Of a stretch of 64,000 nt of DNA, positions 18,822 through 27,839 are shown piece after piece (the first letter of the stretch is position 1; each line of letters starts with the position of its first letter). The stretch is from a bacterium (GTDB lineage: Bacteria > Hinthialibacterota > Hinthialibacteria > Hinthialibacterales > Hinthialibacteraceae), in NCBI GenBank assembly GCA_963662285.2, contig CAXXMV010000006.1, positions 960,001 to 1,024,000 on the forward strand. The letters run 5' to 3'. The notes below the pieces were generated by a model. The model ran no database searches, was not told the DNA's origin, and saw only the letters and a list, made by a program, of their open reading frames with translations. The position numbers and the translations under genes are program-made.

Positions 18822-19814
18822 ATGGATTATCGTAGATTTGGAAAATTGGATTGGAATGTTTCAGAGATTGGTTTTGGAGCATGGGCCATTGGTGGATGGT
18901 GGGGCGATCAGAGTGATGATGAATCGCTGCAAGCTCTTCATAAATATCTAGATAAGGGCGGTAACCTGATCGATACGGCGCAAGCCTATGGCGAGGGACG
19001 CAGTGAGCGTTTGATCGGTGAAGTGCTTAAAGAACGCAGCGAAAGAATCTATGTGGCAACCAAATTACCGCCCAAAGATGGAGTCTGGAGTCCACCATCC
19101 TGGACGCCGTATACCAATACTTTTCCGGTTGATTATATTACCGGAGGAGTTGAAACCAGTCTGAAAAATCTTAAGGTGGACTGCCTGGATATTTACCAAC
19201 TGCATACATGGTGTGAAACATGGAATACGGTTGATGAAATATTCGAGACTGCTGAGAGATTGAAAAAAGAAGGTAAAATCAAAGCCTTTGGCATCTCTAC
19301 TACTGAGAGTTATCCCGAATGCGTTATCGGGGCGGTAAAAACCGGCGTGATCGATTCAGTGCAATTGATCTTTAATCTGTTTGAACAACACCCCAGGGAG
19401 ACTTTGCTGCCTATTTGCCAGGAATATGATGTGGCGACGATTATACGGGTTCCTTTTGATGAAGGCGCTTTGACTGGAAAATATAAGGGAGATGAGAGTT
19501 TTCCGCAGGATGATTTCCGTTCAATTTACTTCCGTAAAGATAATCTAAAAGCGTCAGTGCAGCGGGTGGAGAAAATCCGGCAGTGGGCGGATCAAGCCTT
19601 GCCGGATATGGCAATGGCTGAATTGGCCTTGCGCTGGGTGCTGAGTCATGAAGACGTCAACACGGTGATTCCAGGCATCAGGAATATCCGGCAGGCTGAA
19701 TTGAATACCGCCCCATCGGACGGGAATAAACTTAACCAGGATCAGTTGAAGGCTTTGAAGCAATTCGCCTGGAGGCGCAATCCCTGGAGTGAAGACCTTC
19801 CTCTTTTGGGATGA
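18822..19814 (+). CDS. Aldo/keto reductase
   Basis: VSEIGFGAWAIGG, IDTAQAYG, ATK, SLKNL..DCLDIYQLH and VIPGIRN motifs. Confidence 0.93.
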   Translation: MDYRRFGKLDWNVSEIGFGAWAIGGWWGDQSDDESLQALHKYLDKGGNLIDTAQAYGEGRSERLIGEVLKERSERIYVATKLPPKDGVWSPPSWTPYTNTFPVDYITGGVETSLKNLKVDCLDIYQLHTWCETWNTVDEIFETAERLKKEGKIKAFGISTTESYPECVIGAVKTGVIDSVQLIFNLFEQHPRETLLPICQEYDVATIIRVPFDEGALTGKYKGDESFPQDDFRSIYFRKDNLKASVQRVEKIRQWADQALPDMAMAELALRWVLSHEDVNTVIPGIRNIRQAELNTAPSDGNKLNQDQLKALKQFAWRRNPWSEDLPLLG

Positions 19815-19862
19815 TGCGTCTTAAAAGTATATGTAACGCCCTTACCCTAACCCTCTCCCGTG

Positions 19863-20213
19863 GGGCTGATCTTTACATATAAGTTTTGTTATTATTTATG
19901 GCTATTAAGAGATCAATACGGGTGCCAAGGGCAGTGTTCTTTCTGCCCTTGACGTTAACTATAGACTAACTGAAAACTATGATTATTTATTTTTTTATAG
20001 AATTATTAACATATGGCTCCTACTGCTAAAACTTTAAAGTTAATAATTTTTCTGTTTATCGGGTGGAACAGTGATCAAATTATCGAAAAATAAGAGGTGA
20101 ACTAAATCAAGGGCAGGAAATACACTGCCCTTGGCACCCTATATTGTTCTATATTCAGCCAATAGTATTTCTCATAATCTCCCATCTTGATATTTGTGGG
20201 TAAAGATCAGCCC
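19863..20213. mobile_element. 351-bp TIR-bounded element carrying an inverted family D REP doublet, inserted in a family A REP loop (copy 2)
   Basis: Outer IR gggctgatctttac / gtaaagatcagccc. Inner IR at 19920-19952 / ~20107-20139. The flanks rebuild ccctaaccctctcccg..gggagagg. Confidence 0.85.
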
Positions 20214-20265
20214 GAGGGGAGAGGAGACTGGTTTTTATTATTGATCAGAAAGCAATTATTAATTT

Positions 20266-21501
20266 ATGAATCGTTCAAGCCGAATCGCCATAATATTTTT
20301 TCTTGCGCCCATTATTGCGGCTTTGCTCTATACATGGTATTACCGGCAGAGCCGCATATCGTTGATGGAACGACTGGTGGATTCCGGAGTGATCGCCATT
20401 TTCAATGGCGGCATCATCACGCGGGATGATCTGCGCGACTATTTTCAATATCCTCCTATTCAAGAAAATTCCATTATCCGCTCTTTAGAACTTAATCCAG
20501 ACGAAGTTAAGGATATTGGCCTACACGAAAAAGACCGGGAACTTTTTCAGGAACAAGCTGGACAACTTTTGTTGAATCAAGTCATCAAGCATCTGGCTTT
20601 GATTAAATACCTGGTTCCCAAATGTGATGCAGAATCACAAAAGAGTTTGGAAGGCGAAATAAAAAATTATCGTGAAACTTTGATGTTAGCCGATATGGAA
20701 ATTGATCTGGCCCGAATTTCTCCAGTTGTGACGCAGGAAGAATTACTGTCGTATTATATTGAACATCCTGTTGAATTTCACCGGACAGGCAAGCGTTACG
20801 CCCGGCATATTATGTTATATAAAAACAACGAGCCGACCAATGAAGACAATCCATTTTCGGTTACACCGCAACAAATATGGACCCGGTTGCAGAGTGGAGA
20901 GGATTTTCATGCACTTATTATCGAAACGCGTTCTGATAACTCAACTAATGAAGGAATGCTGGGTTGGCTGCCGAGAGGTACGTTGCATCACTCGTTTGAA
21001 AAAGCCCTATGGGCGCTTGAAATTGGTGAAGTGACCGGGCCGATTTATGTGGATTCGACGGTGCATTTTATTCAGTTGTTAGATGAACAACCGGATGGTC
21101 TGATTTCTTTTGAAGAATGCAGTTCACGCATCAGATCAATAATTAAAGATAAGAAGCGTGTGCAGCATAGATATAAGCTCTTGGGATTTGATCCGGATAC
21201 TTTCTCTGAAGGCAGCGAACTGACTGATGAATACCGCCAGAGACTGCTGGAAGCGGCTTATGCCCGTGGGTGGGATAAGAATATGGATATCGTTCGTAAA
21301 ACCAATGCTTTTAACCGGTATGCTATCGCCAATTATATGTTTAAAGAGACAATGCAACAACATCGGACAAATCAATATTCAACCCAGAACGATGATTCGT
21401 CATGGATCTTAGAAAACAAAACCGCGCTTCGTTTGCTGGAAGATATGGATTTCCGTCTTCTAATTAAACTTGATCTTCCCAACGAGGAAGTTTTAAATTA
21501 G
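20266..21501 (+). CDS. Membrane-anchored parvulin/PpiC-type peptidyl-prolyl isomerase
   Basis: ARHIML, GEDFHAL, GMLGWL and FEKALWALEIGEVTGPI motifs, N-terminal TM. Confidence 0.8.
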   Translation: MNRSSRIAIIFFLAPIIAALLYTWYYRQSRISLMERLVDSGVIAIFNGGIITRDDLRDYFQYPPIQENSIIRSLELNPDEVKDIGLHEKDRELFQEQAGQLLLNQVIKHLALIKYLVPKCDAESQKSLEGEIKNYRETLMLADMEIDLARISPVVTQEELLSYYIEHPVEFHRTGKRYARHIMLYKNNEPTNEDNPFSVTPQQIWTRLQSGEDFHALIIETRSDNSTNEGMLGWLPRGTLHHSFEKALWALEIGEVTGPIYVDSTVHFIQLLDEQPDGLISFEECSSRIRSIIKDKKRVQHRYKLLGFDPDTFSEGSELTDEYRQRLLEAAYARGWDKNMDIVRKTNAFNRYAIANYMFKETMQQHRTNQYSTQNDDSSWILENKTALRLLEDMDFRLLIKLDLPNEEVLN

Positions 21502-21532
21502 GTGATTCGCAGAAATAACAATCAAACCAATA

Positions 21533-22687
21533 TTATACTCCATCTCGAAACTGATTCTTGATTTGATGAAATGCATATTCGGATTCTAAAAAAGCGTCCA
21601 CGATATCGGGGGCGAAGTGTTTGTCTTTGCCTTCAGTAATTATTGCAGTACTTTTTTCATGTGAAAATGCTGGTTTGTAACATCGTCGAGTAGTGAGCGC
21701 ATCATAGACATCCGCTAAGGCGAGAATTCGCGCTGATAAAGGAATAGACTTATTTTCTTTGCCGTTGGGATATCCTGAGCCATCCCATTTTTCATGATGG
21801 CTTTCGGCGATTTCGATTCCTATACGGATAAAAAGATTGTCGGGGTGCTTCTGGTTGACTTTCCGCAACGTATTGGCGCCGACTGTGGTGTGTTTTTTCA
21901 TAGTTGAAAATTCTTCATCGGTGAGTTTGCCTTTTTTTTGAAGGACATTATCAGGTATTCCTATTTTCCCGATATCATGCAGTGGACTGGCAATATATAT
22001 ACTCTCGATGTATTGATCGGTTATTTCGGATTGATATTTTTTATCCATTTGAAGAATCTGGCAGAGTTGTTTGCAGTATTCCCTGATCCGTTCGAGATGA
22101 TCTCCCGTATCCGTATCTCTCGATTCAGCCAATTGTGACATGGCGAAAATGGTTCCCAGATGTGATTGAGATATCTCTTCGACTTGTTTTTTAACGCGAC
22201 GCTCCAGGATTTCGTTGAAATCGGTAACTAAATCATAGTATTTTTCTAATCGATTGTGAGTTTGTCTCATTTCTATTGAGGCCTGTATTCTTGCTTGCAG
22301 CAGAATACGGTCGAATGGTTTTACTAGATAATCTTTAGCGCCGATGCGGATGCAGGCGGCGATGCTTTCTAACTTTTCTACGCTGGATATGACGATTACC
22401 GGCAATTCATCCAGTAAACCTTTGGATTTAAGAACCTTTAGCACCTGGAAACCATTCATTTCAGGCATCATTAAATCAAGCAGGATCATATCAGGTTTAT
22501 CATTGTCGACATGTTTAAGCACATCATTGCCATTGCTGACAGTGGTTGGAATATGTCCGAGAGAGACGACTACATCTTTAAGCAGTTCTTGATTAATGAG
22601 ATTATCGTCGGCTATCAAAATGGACGCCGGTTCAATTTTTTTTGACCGGAAAATGGATGGATTATGGGAAGCATTTTGCGTGGGCAT
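21533..22687 (-). CDS. Response regulator with HD-GYP phosphodiesterase domain
   Basis: REC domain (ILIADD, LLDLMMP), LHDIGKIG, HHEKWDGSGYP and ADVYDAL. Confidence 0.93.
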   Translation of the reverse strand: MPTQNASHNPSIFRSKKIEPASILIADDNLINQELLKDVVVSLGHIPTTVSNGNDVLKHVDNDKPDMILLDLMMPEMNGFQVLKVLKSKGLLDELPVIVISSVEKLESIAACIRIGAKDYLVKPFDRILLQARIQASIEMRQTHNRLEKYYDLVTDFNEILERRVKKQVEEISQSHLGTIFAMSQLAESRDTDTGDHLERIREYCKQLCQILQMDKKYQSEITDQYIESIYIASPLHDIGKIGIPDNVLQKKGKLTDEEFSTMKKHTTVGANTLRKVNQKHPDNLFIRIGIEIAESHHEKWDGSGYPNGKENKSIPLSARILALADVYDALTTRRCYKPAFSHEKSTAIITEGKDKHFAPDIVDAFLESEYAFHQIKNQFRDGV

Positions 22688-22929
22688 ATTATTATATTAT
22701 ATATCACTACAGAATAATAATCCGTTAGTAAATGATCTATGATGAACTATCCGTCCTGGCGGAGCAATTATCCATCATATTCAATATAATCAATTATAAT
22801 TGTATTTCCTTAAAGAACCAGACTATATATAAAAAACATGCTATCGTATGGCGAATTTATCAGAAGGGATATTTAATAAGCCCTGCGCCGCGCAAGCGGA
22901 AAAAAACATTAAAGGACAAATCATAATAA

Positions 22930-23505
22930 ATGATCAAGCGCCTGAAACAAATATTATCTTCATTGAATGGTTGGCATTTTCTGCCTGGACCGGTCACAGT
23001 ATTGCTGATTGTCTTCGCCGACGCCGTCGGATGGGATTTTTTACTTTCGAAATCCTTTCATGAATATTTAGCGCTGCTATTGACCGGAATTGCGGTTTTG
23101 CTTTGTATTGCGCATTATAAAATCCATGGCGGTTATTTATTTATCATTCTTACGTTTTTTACGGTTAACCTGTTTTGCCGGGAGATTCACTTCTCTGGTA
23201 CGGATATCACCATATATCTCGCCCTGTTTATAACGCCGGTCTGGGCCTGGTTGTGGTTGGATCGTATAGGGGAAGTTTTTGAAGATAAGCCCTTCTTGTC
23301 GATTTTTACGGCGACGTTATTCACCTACTTCTTATCCCAGTTAATCGCCCGTCGCGTGTTCCGGGGAATCCCCGGTGAGGACATCCTGCATGTTCCTTTG
23401 GAGGAAGCCGTAGAGACAACCGCCCATATCTTGTTGATTATTTCTTATTCAATCGCCTCATGGAAACTCTCCACAAATGGTGCCAATAAAGAAATAGAAA
23501 ATTGA
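22930..23505 (+). CDS. Multi-pass membrane protein
   Basis: About 6 hydrophobic segments with REIHF and EEAVET motifs. Confidence 0.7.
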   Translation: MIKRLKQILSSLNGWHFLPGPVTVLLIVFADAVGWDFLLSKSFHEYLALLLTGIAVLLCIAHYKIHGGYLFIILTFFTVNLFCREIHFSGTDITIYLALFITPVWAWLWLDRIGEVFEDKPFLSIFTATLFTYFLSQLIARRVFRGIPGEDILHVPLEEAVETTAHILLIISYSIASWKLSTNGANKEIEN

Positions 23506-23671
23506 CAGGCTCTAATTACCAGTTCCCAAAGATAATCTAAAAATAATCATTTTTCAAAATGAACCTGATTTTTACTCAAGTGGTTTGATCAAGGTCTGAC
23601 CGGAATGCGGTCTTGCCCTTGCAACCCACCTAACCTTTTAAACAATCTAATAAAAAAGGCAAATAAAAAAA

Positions 23672-23697
23672 AGGGCGGAATCCGAAGACTCCGCCCT
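23672..23697 (-). terminator. Intrinsic terminator of the 23722-25284 gene
   Basis: gggcgga..tccgccc hairpin with an adjacent A-tract (U-tract on the minus strand). Confidence 0.8.
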
Positions 23698-23721
23698 GGT
23701 ACTCTAAATAATCAGGTTGAA

Positions 23722-25284
23722 TTATAGACCAAGAAGACTTAGGTCGGCGAATTCAGCCTTGTCGTCAACAACGCGTACGCAAATGTCGTCGACTAGTGCG
23801 TCTAGACCTGGAGCAGCTTGGACAACCAAGTAAGCTGTAGTCGCAACGCTAGGTGTAGCAACGCAAACAACTTTTTGCCAATCAGCGCCAAGAGTCAGGA
23901 AAGTGTTAGAGTTCAATGTAGAACCATTGGTAAGTGCAAGAGCAAAAACGCTTTCACCGGCAGCAGCTTTGGCATAGCATTCTGCAACAGCAGAACCTGC
24001 TTCTAGATTAACGACCATCAATGCATTTGATAGACCAGCAGCTCCAGCAAGTTTCATGCAGCCAGCGCCAGCAGCGGCAAAGTTATTGTCGCCATCAGCA
24101 ACAGGAGCGGAACCATCCAACGGAGCCCAGCCATCAATGCTGGCTAGATCGCTTGCAAATGCAGTCGCGTTCGGATTAAGTGCATAATCTACAACAGGAC
24201 CAGCGTTTACAACAGCGATGTTGGAGATAGTGACGCTAGAAGCGCCAGCAGCAGCAGCAACCTGGAAAGCAGGTACAACGGAACCTGTTTTGGTTACTAT
24301 CGAAGCTGATAAGCTTTTGGTTTTGCCTGTTGCCAGGTTTGGACCTGAAACATAAGCAAACGCCAAATTGTTAGGATCAACGCCGCCATCAAACAGAACA
24401 GCAGCAACAATCACATCAGCTGTAGCGTTGTAATCAAATGTCAAAGAAACAGTGTCTCCAGGATTGCCAATAGCAATTGGAGCGCCAAAAGCCAAGGAAC
24501 CTTGACCTGCAGCAACTGTAACCTTACCACCAGCAACTGTACCGCCAGCAAGCGTGCCAGCAGGAATAGCTGTGAAGCCAGCAGGATCAACTGCAACTGC
24601 TTGAGCAGCTAACAGATGAACGGCATCCATGCTGTCGCCTGAAGCTGCGCCCAATGTTACCAACCAAGCGCCTGAGAAGTCCGCATCAGCAGCAACGCTG
24701 TAGGAACCATCGGCGTTCAGAGTAGCATTTAGGCCGCCATCAGCAATAGCGCGGTCTACCATACGTAGGCCTGTGCCGCCAACTGCGATGTCAATCGAAG
24801 CGACTGTAGCAACCAGCGCAGCACCACCAGTGCCGCCGCCAGCTGTTCCATCGCCGCCGCCAGCAGGCAGACCACTCAGATTTACAACTGAGTTAGCCAC
24901 ACCACCAGGAACGAGAGCATTGTAAAATACATTGCCACCGTCTTGTCCGACGATACGATTGTTGTCATCTACTGCAGGACCGTTGCCAATAACGAATGCA
25001 CTCATTACAACTGTGCTTTCGACATCAACGCCGCCCGCAGAGAACGTAGCAGTACCAGCTGCATCCACGGTAGCTACACTACCTGAAACAGCAGCACCAA
25101 CAGCACTGTAGGTTAATTCACCTTCAGCGCTTGCGAAGAAGTCAGCCAAATCAAAGCTGACGCTTCCACCTGAGAGGACGATATCTGGTGTATCGTTAGC
25201 CTCTACTGTGGCAGAATGGACGGGCAAAGCCAACAATCCAAACGCCGCCAGGCAGACCATTGTGAGAACCGGCATTTTTCTCAT
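23722..25284 (-). CDS. Highly expressed secreted Ala/Gly-rich protein, probable S-layer or surface protein
   Basis: Signal peptide, acidic A/G/V/T-rich sequence, strong GCT/GTT/GGT codon bias, monocistronic with a strong promoter and terminator. Confidence 0.6.
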   Translation of the reverse strand: MRKMPVLTMVCLAAFGLLALPVHSATVEANDTPDIVLSGGSVSFDLADFFASAEGELTYSAVGAAVSGSVATVDAAGTATFSAGGVDVESTVVMSAFVIGNGPAVDDNNRIVGQDGGNVFYNALVPGGVANSVVNLSGLPAGGGDGTAGGGTGGAALVATVASIDIAVGGTGLRMVDRAIADGGLNATLNADGSYSVAADADFSGAWLVTLGAASGDSMDAVHLLAAQAVAVDPAGFTAIPAGTLAGGTVAGGKVTVAAGQGSLAFGAPIAIGNPGDTVSLTFDYNATADVIVAAVLFDGGVDPNNLAFAYVSGPNLATGKTKSLSASIVTKTGSVVPAFQVAAAAGASSVTISNIAVVNAGPVVDYALNPNATAFASDLASIDGWAPLDGSAPVADGDNNFAAAGAGCMKLAGAAGLSNALMVVNLEAGSAVAECYAKAAAGESVFALALTNGSTLNSNTFLTLGADWQKVVCVATPSVATTAYLVVQAAPGLDALVDDICVRVVDDKAEFADLSLLGL

Positions 25285-25477
25285 AAAATTTTTCCCCTTT
25301 CGTAGGGTTAAAGTTTATTCTTGGTGAAAATCACCAAGTTACAGAGGAGCAAATGAGTTAAATGTCGGTCACTCTCCTTTCTAATCCATGTTTGGAGTAC
25401 ATACAGGATCATTTACATCAAGTTTTATTTTGCGTTATATATACGCATACCCGCTCCAACGAGTTTCTTTAATCTAA

Positions 25478-25506
25478 ACTATAAGAAAATCATCCCATAT
25501 TGTCAA
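25478..25506 (-). promoter_or_regulatory. Near-consensus sigma70 promoter
   Basis: Minus strand TTGACA-17 bp-TATAGT, implying a ~185-nt 5' UTR. Confidence 0.7.
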
Positions 25507-25590
25507 CCCTATTTTACGAATAATGCGCAGCAATATTTTGACTTAAGACTTGGCGAATTATACAAAGCAAAAGGCTAATATTTATCTTTA

Positions 25591-26490
25591 CTATCGATAA
25601 CGTATAAATACAGAATATCTCAGCAAGCATAATAATGATCTAAGGACGTAGATATCCAGGTAATTTAGTAGTGAAAGATAAGGGAATTGTGTACGTATCC
25701 TATTGTAATATCTTATTTTATGCCACCAGGAAATCAGGAAGCGCTTCACTCCCCAGTTCTTTATCAGGAAGTACATACGCAAGCGTTCGGTATAGTAATG
25801 GAATTGCAACTGATCTTGTTTTGTGCGCCCTGGATCGGCGTAATGGTGCAAAATCTTTACTTCGGGATCAACCAATAATTTATAGCCTTTTTTTAATATT
25901 CTTTGGCTAAGGTCTCCATCTTCATAGAGATAGAAATAATATTCATCGAATCCGCCGATTTCGCTCAAAGCCTCATGCCGGTATATCGAGAAGCAAGTTG
26001 ATAATACCTGGGGACTCTCTGTAGGCTGCATCGAAGCGGTTGGATTGAAATATCCTTCCCAATCCATGCATGGCGACCAGCACCAAAGTTTAGTCAGCGC
26101 CTGGTCGGTGTAATAGATACCCGCCGCGCCTGCCGTCAGGGGATTGGCTTCCATGTATTCAATCAGTTTGGATAGCGCTCCTGAGCTGCGTAATTCGGCG
26201 TCGGAATCCATGTAAATAATATACTGGCCGGACGCGATACGGGTTCCCTGGTTACGGGCGGCGGATGCTCCTACGTTTTGGGTGTTTTCTATTAACTTAA
26301 TCCAATCCTGTCCGCGCAGCCAATCGAGAGAACCGTCGGTGGAACCATTATCAACCACTATGATTTCTAGAGATGGATAATTTTGATCCAGCAAAGACTG
26401 AATAGCTTTTTGGAGCAGATCGCACCGGTTCCAGCTGACCAGCACTGCGGAGGTGATTGGAGTTTTCGAAATAGACGAAGTTTGGTTCAT
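25591..26490 (-). CDS. Glycosyltransferase family 2
   Basis: VVDNGSTDGS, NVGASAARNQG, MDSD and GGFDEYYFYLYEDGDL motifs. Confidence 0.9.
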   Translation of the reverse strand: MNQTSSISKTPITSAVLVSWNRCDLLQKAIQSLLDQNYPSLEIIVVDNGSTDGSLDWLRGQDWIKLIENTQNVGASAARNQGTRIASGQYIIYMDSDAELRSSGALSKLIEYMEANPLTAGAAGIYYTDQALTKLWCWSPCMDWEGYFNPTASMQPTESPQVLSTCFSIYRHEALSEIGGFDEYYFYLYEDGDLSQRILKKGYKLLVDPEVKILHHYADPGRTKQDQLQFHYYTERLRMYFLIKNWGVKRFLISWWHKIRYYNRIRTQFPYLSLLNYLDIYVLRSLLCLLRYSVFIRYR

Positions 26491-27602
26491 GAATCGATTA
26501 CCGATGTTGACATGTTAGGGCAAGCCGCTTGCTGCTCTTCCCATTCATGCAGACTGGTTAATACAAAACAGGTATGGGCGCAATGACAGCATTTGATTCG
26601 CTCACGGCGCTGATCCGCTATTTGGGATTTCCACAGCCGGTCTAAATCATAATCATATTGATCCAGTTTAGCGAAGGGGGAGGTAAATTCACATGCCGTT
26701 ACGGAGCCATCGCTATAAACCACGCCTAGAGTGCGCCCTGCCGACAGGCAATGAAACGGCGCCGGCTTACCTAGATACATGCCAATCTGGATTTCCAACT
26801 GACGCATGACCTGATCGAAGGCGCGGCCTTCGCGCCGATTAACCTCTTTGATGCGTTCCAGAATAGAAGACAACTGGTCTATGGGAGGCAGGCTGCATTC
26901 GCGTGGGTCTTCCTGCTGCTGAATATCCTGGGGGATATTCCAGGCTGAGAAACTGATACCTCGTACTAAATCATAAGTATGCTCAACGCCCATTTGACCC
27001 CACAGTAGTTCGGCGACCGATTCTATCTGGTGATAATTATTCTTATTGACATTGGTTAAAACCACTACCCGGAAATAGGGGTGTTCTTTGGATAGGGCGA
27101 CCAAGCGTTTGAGATTCTGGACGATTTTCTGGAAACTGCCCGGCGCCCCGCGTAATTGGTCATGAGTATCCTCCAATCCATCCAGGCTGATTTGATAGGT
27201 AAGATGGCGTTTATACTTTAATGCGTAATCATGGCGAACCAGTTCTTCCATACGATCCAGCAATACGCCATTGCTATTGACCTGGATGTGATTGGTTTGG
27301 TTATCGCGGAAGAATATCTCAACGATTTGATCAAGGTCTTTGCGCAGGAACGGCTCGCCTCCGGTAATTGCCAGGGTGCGCAGGGCTGGCGTCGTATGCG
27401 CTATACGCTCTAGTTGTTCGAGAGTCATTTCCTGACCGGGATCATCCACGCGCCTCCAGAACATGCAATGGTCGCAACGCATATTGCAGCGATCCGTCAC
27501 GAAGAGGATCAGATCTTTCAAACTGGGATTTGGATAAGCGCCCTTGGGATCAATCGGTGTTGATCTAATCCATTGTAAAAAACGGGGGAGCCGGATTGCC
27601 AT
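26487..27602 (-). CDS. Radical SAM protein with SPASM-like C-terminus
   Basis: CNMRCDHC, TGGEPFLR, C.AG...DGSVTACE and C-terminal Cys cluster. Overlaps the GT2 start by 4 bp. Confidence 0.9.
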   Translation of the reverse strand: MAIRLPRFLQWIRSTPIDPKGAYPNPSLKDLILFVTDRCNMRCDHCMFWRRVDDPGQEMTLEQLERIAHTTPALRTLAITGGEPFLRKDLDQIVEIFFRDNQTNHIQVNSNGVLLDRMEELVRHDYALKYKRHLTYQISLDGLEDTHDQLRGAPGSFQKIVQNLKRLVALSKEHPYFRVVVLTNVNKNNYHQIESVAELLWGQMGVEHTYDLVRGISFSAWNIPQDIQQQEDPRECSLPPIDQLSSILERIKEVNRREGRAFDQVMRQLEIQIGMYLGKPAPFHCLSAGRTLGVVYSDGSVTACEFTSPFAKLDQYDYDLDRLWKSQIADQRRERIKCCHCAHTCFVLTSLHEWEEQQAACPNMSTSVIDS

Positions 27603-27652
27603 TCGTCGTACCTTGCTTTAATGTTGTATAGAGAGATTATGAAAATCTCTCT

Positions 27653-27688
27653 AGTAATGCGTCCAACTTGAGTAATGCGTCCAACTTG
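27653..27688. repeat. 18-bp tandem duplication
   Basis: agtaatgcgtccaacttg x2. Confidence 0.9.
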
Positions 27689-27839
27689 TTTTGTCAGATA
27701 GTGTTTCTAATTTCGCCCTCACCCTAGCCCTCTCCCGGGGGGAGAGGGAATGTTGTTTACCAGACATTTTTATTTGGACAGAGTATATAGATTGGTCTTA
27801 CAAAACTAAACTGAACCGAAGAAATCATAGCAGAGCAAA

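Noticed and set aside
26487-27602. RiPP maturase, or the missing AmmeMemoRadiSam radical SAM enzyme
   Set aside because: No precursor peptide is nearby, it is coupled to a GT2, and it lies ~19 kb from the MEMO1-AMMECR1 fusion.
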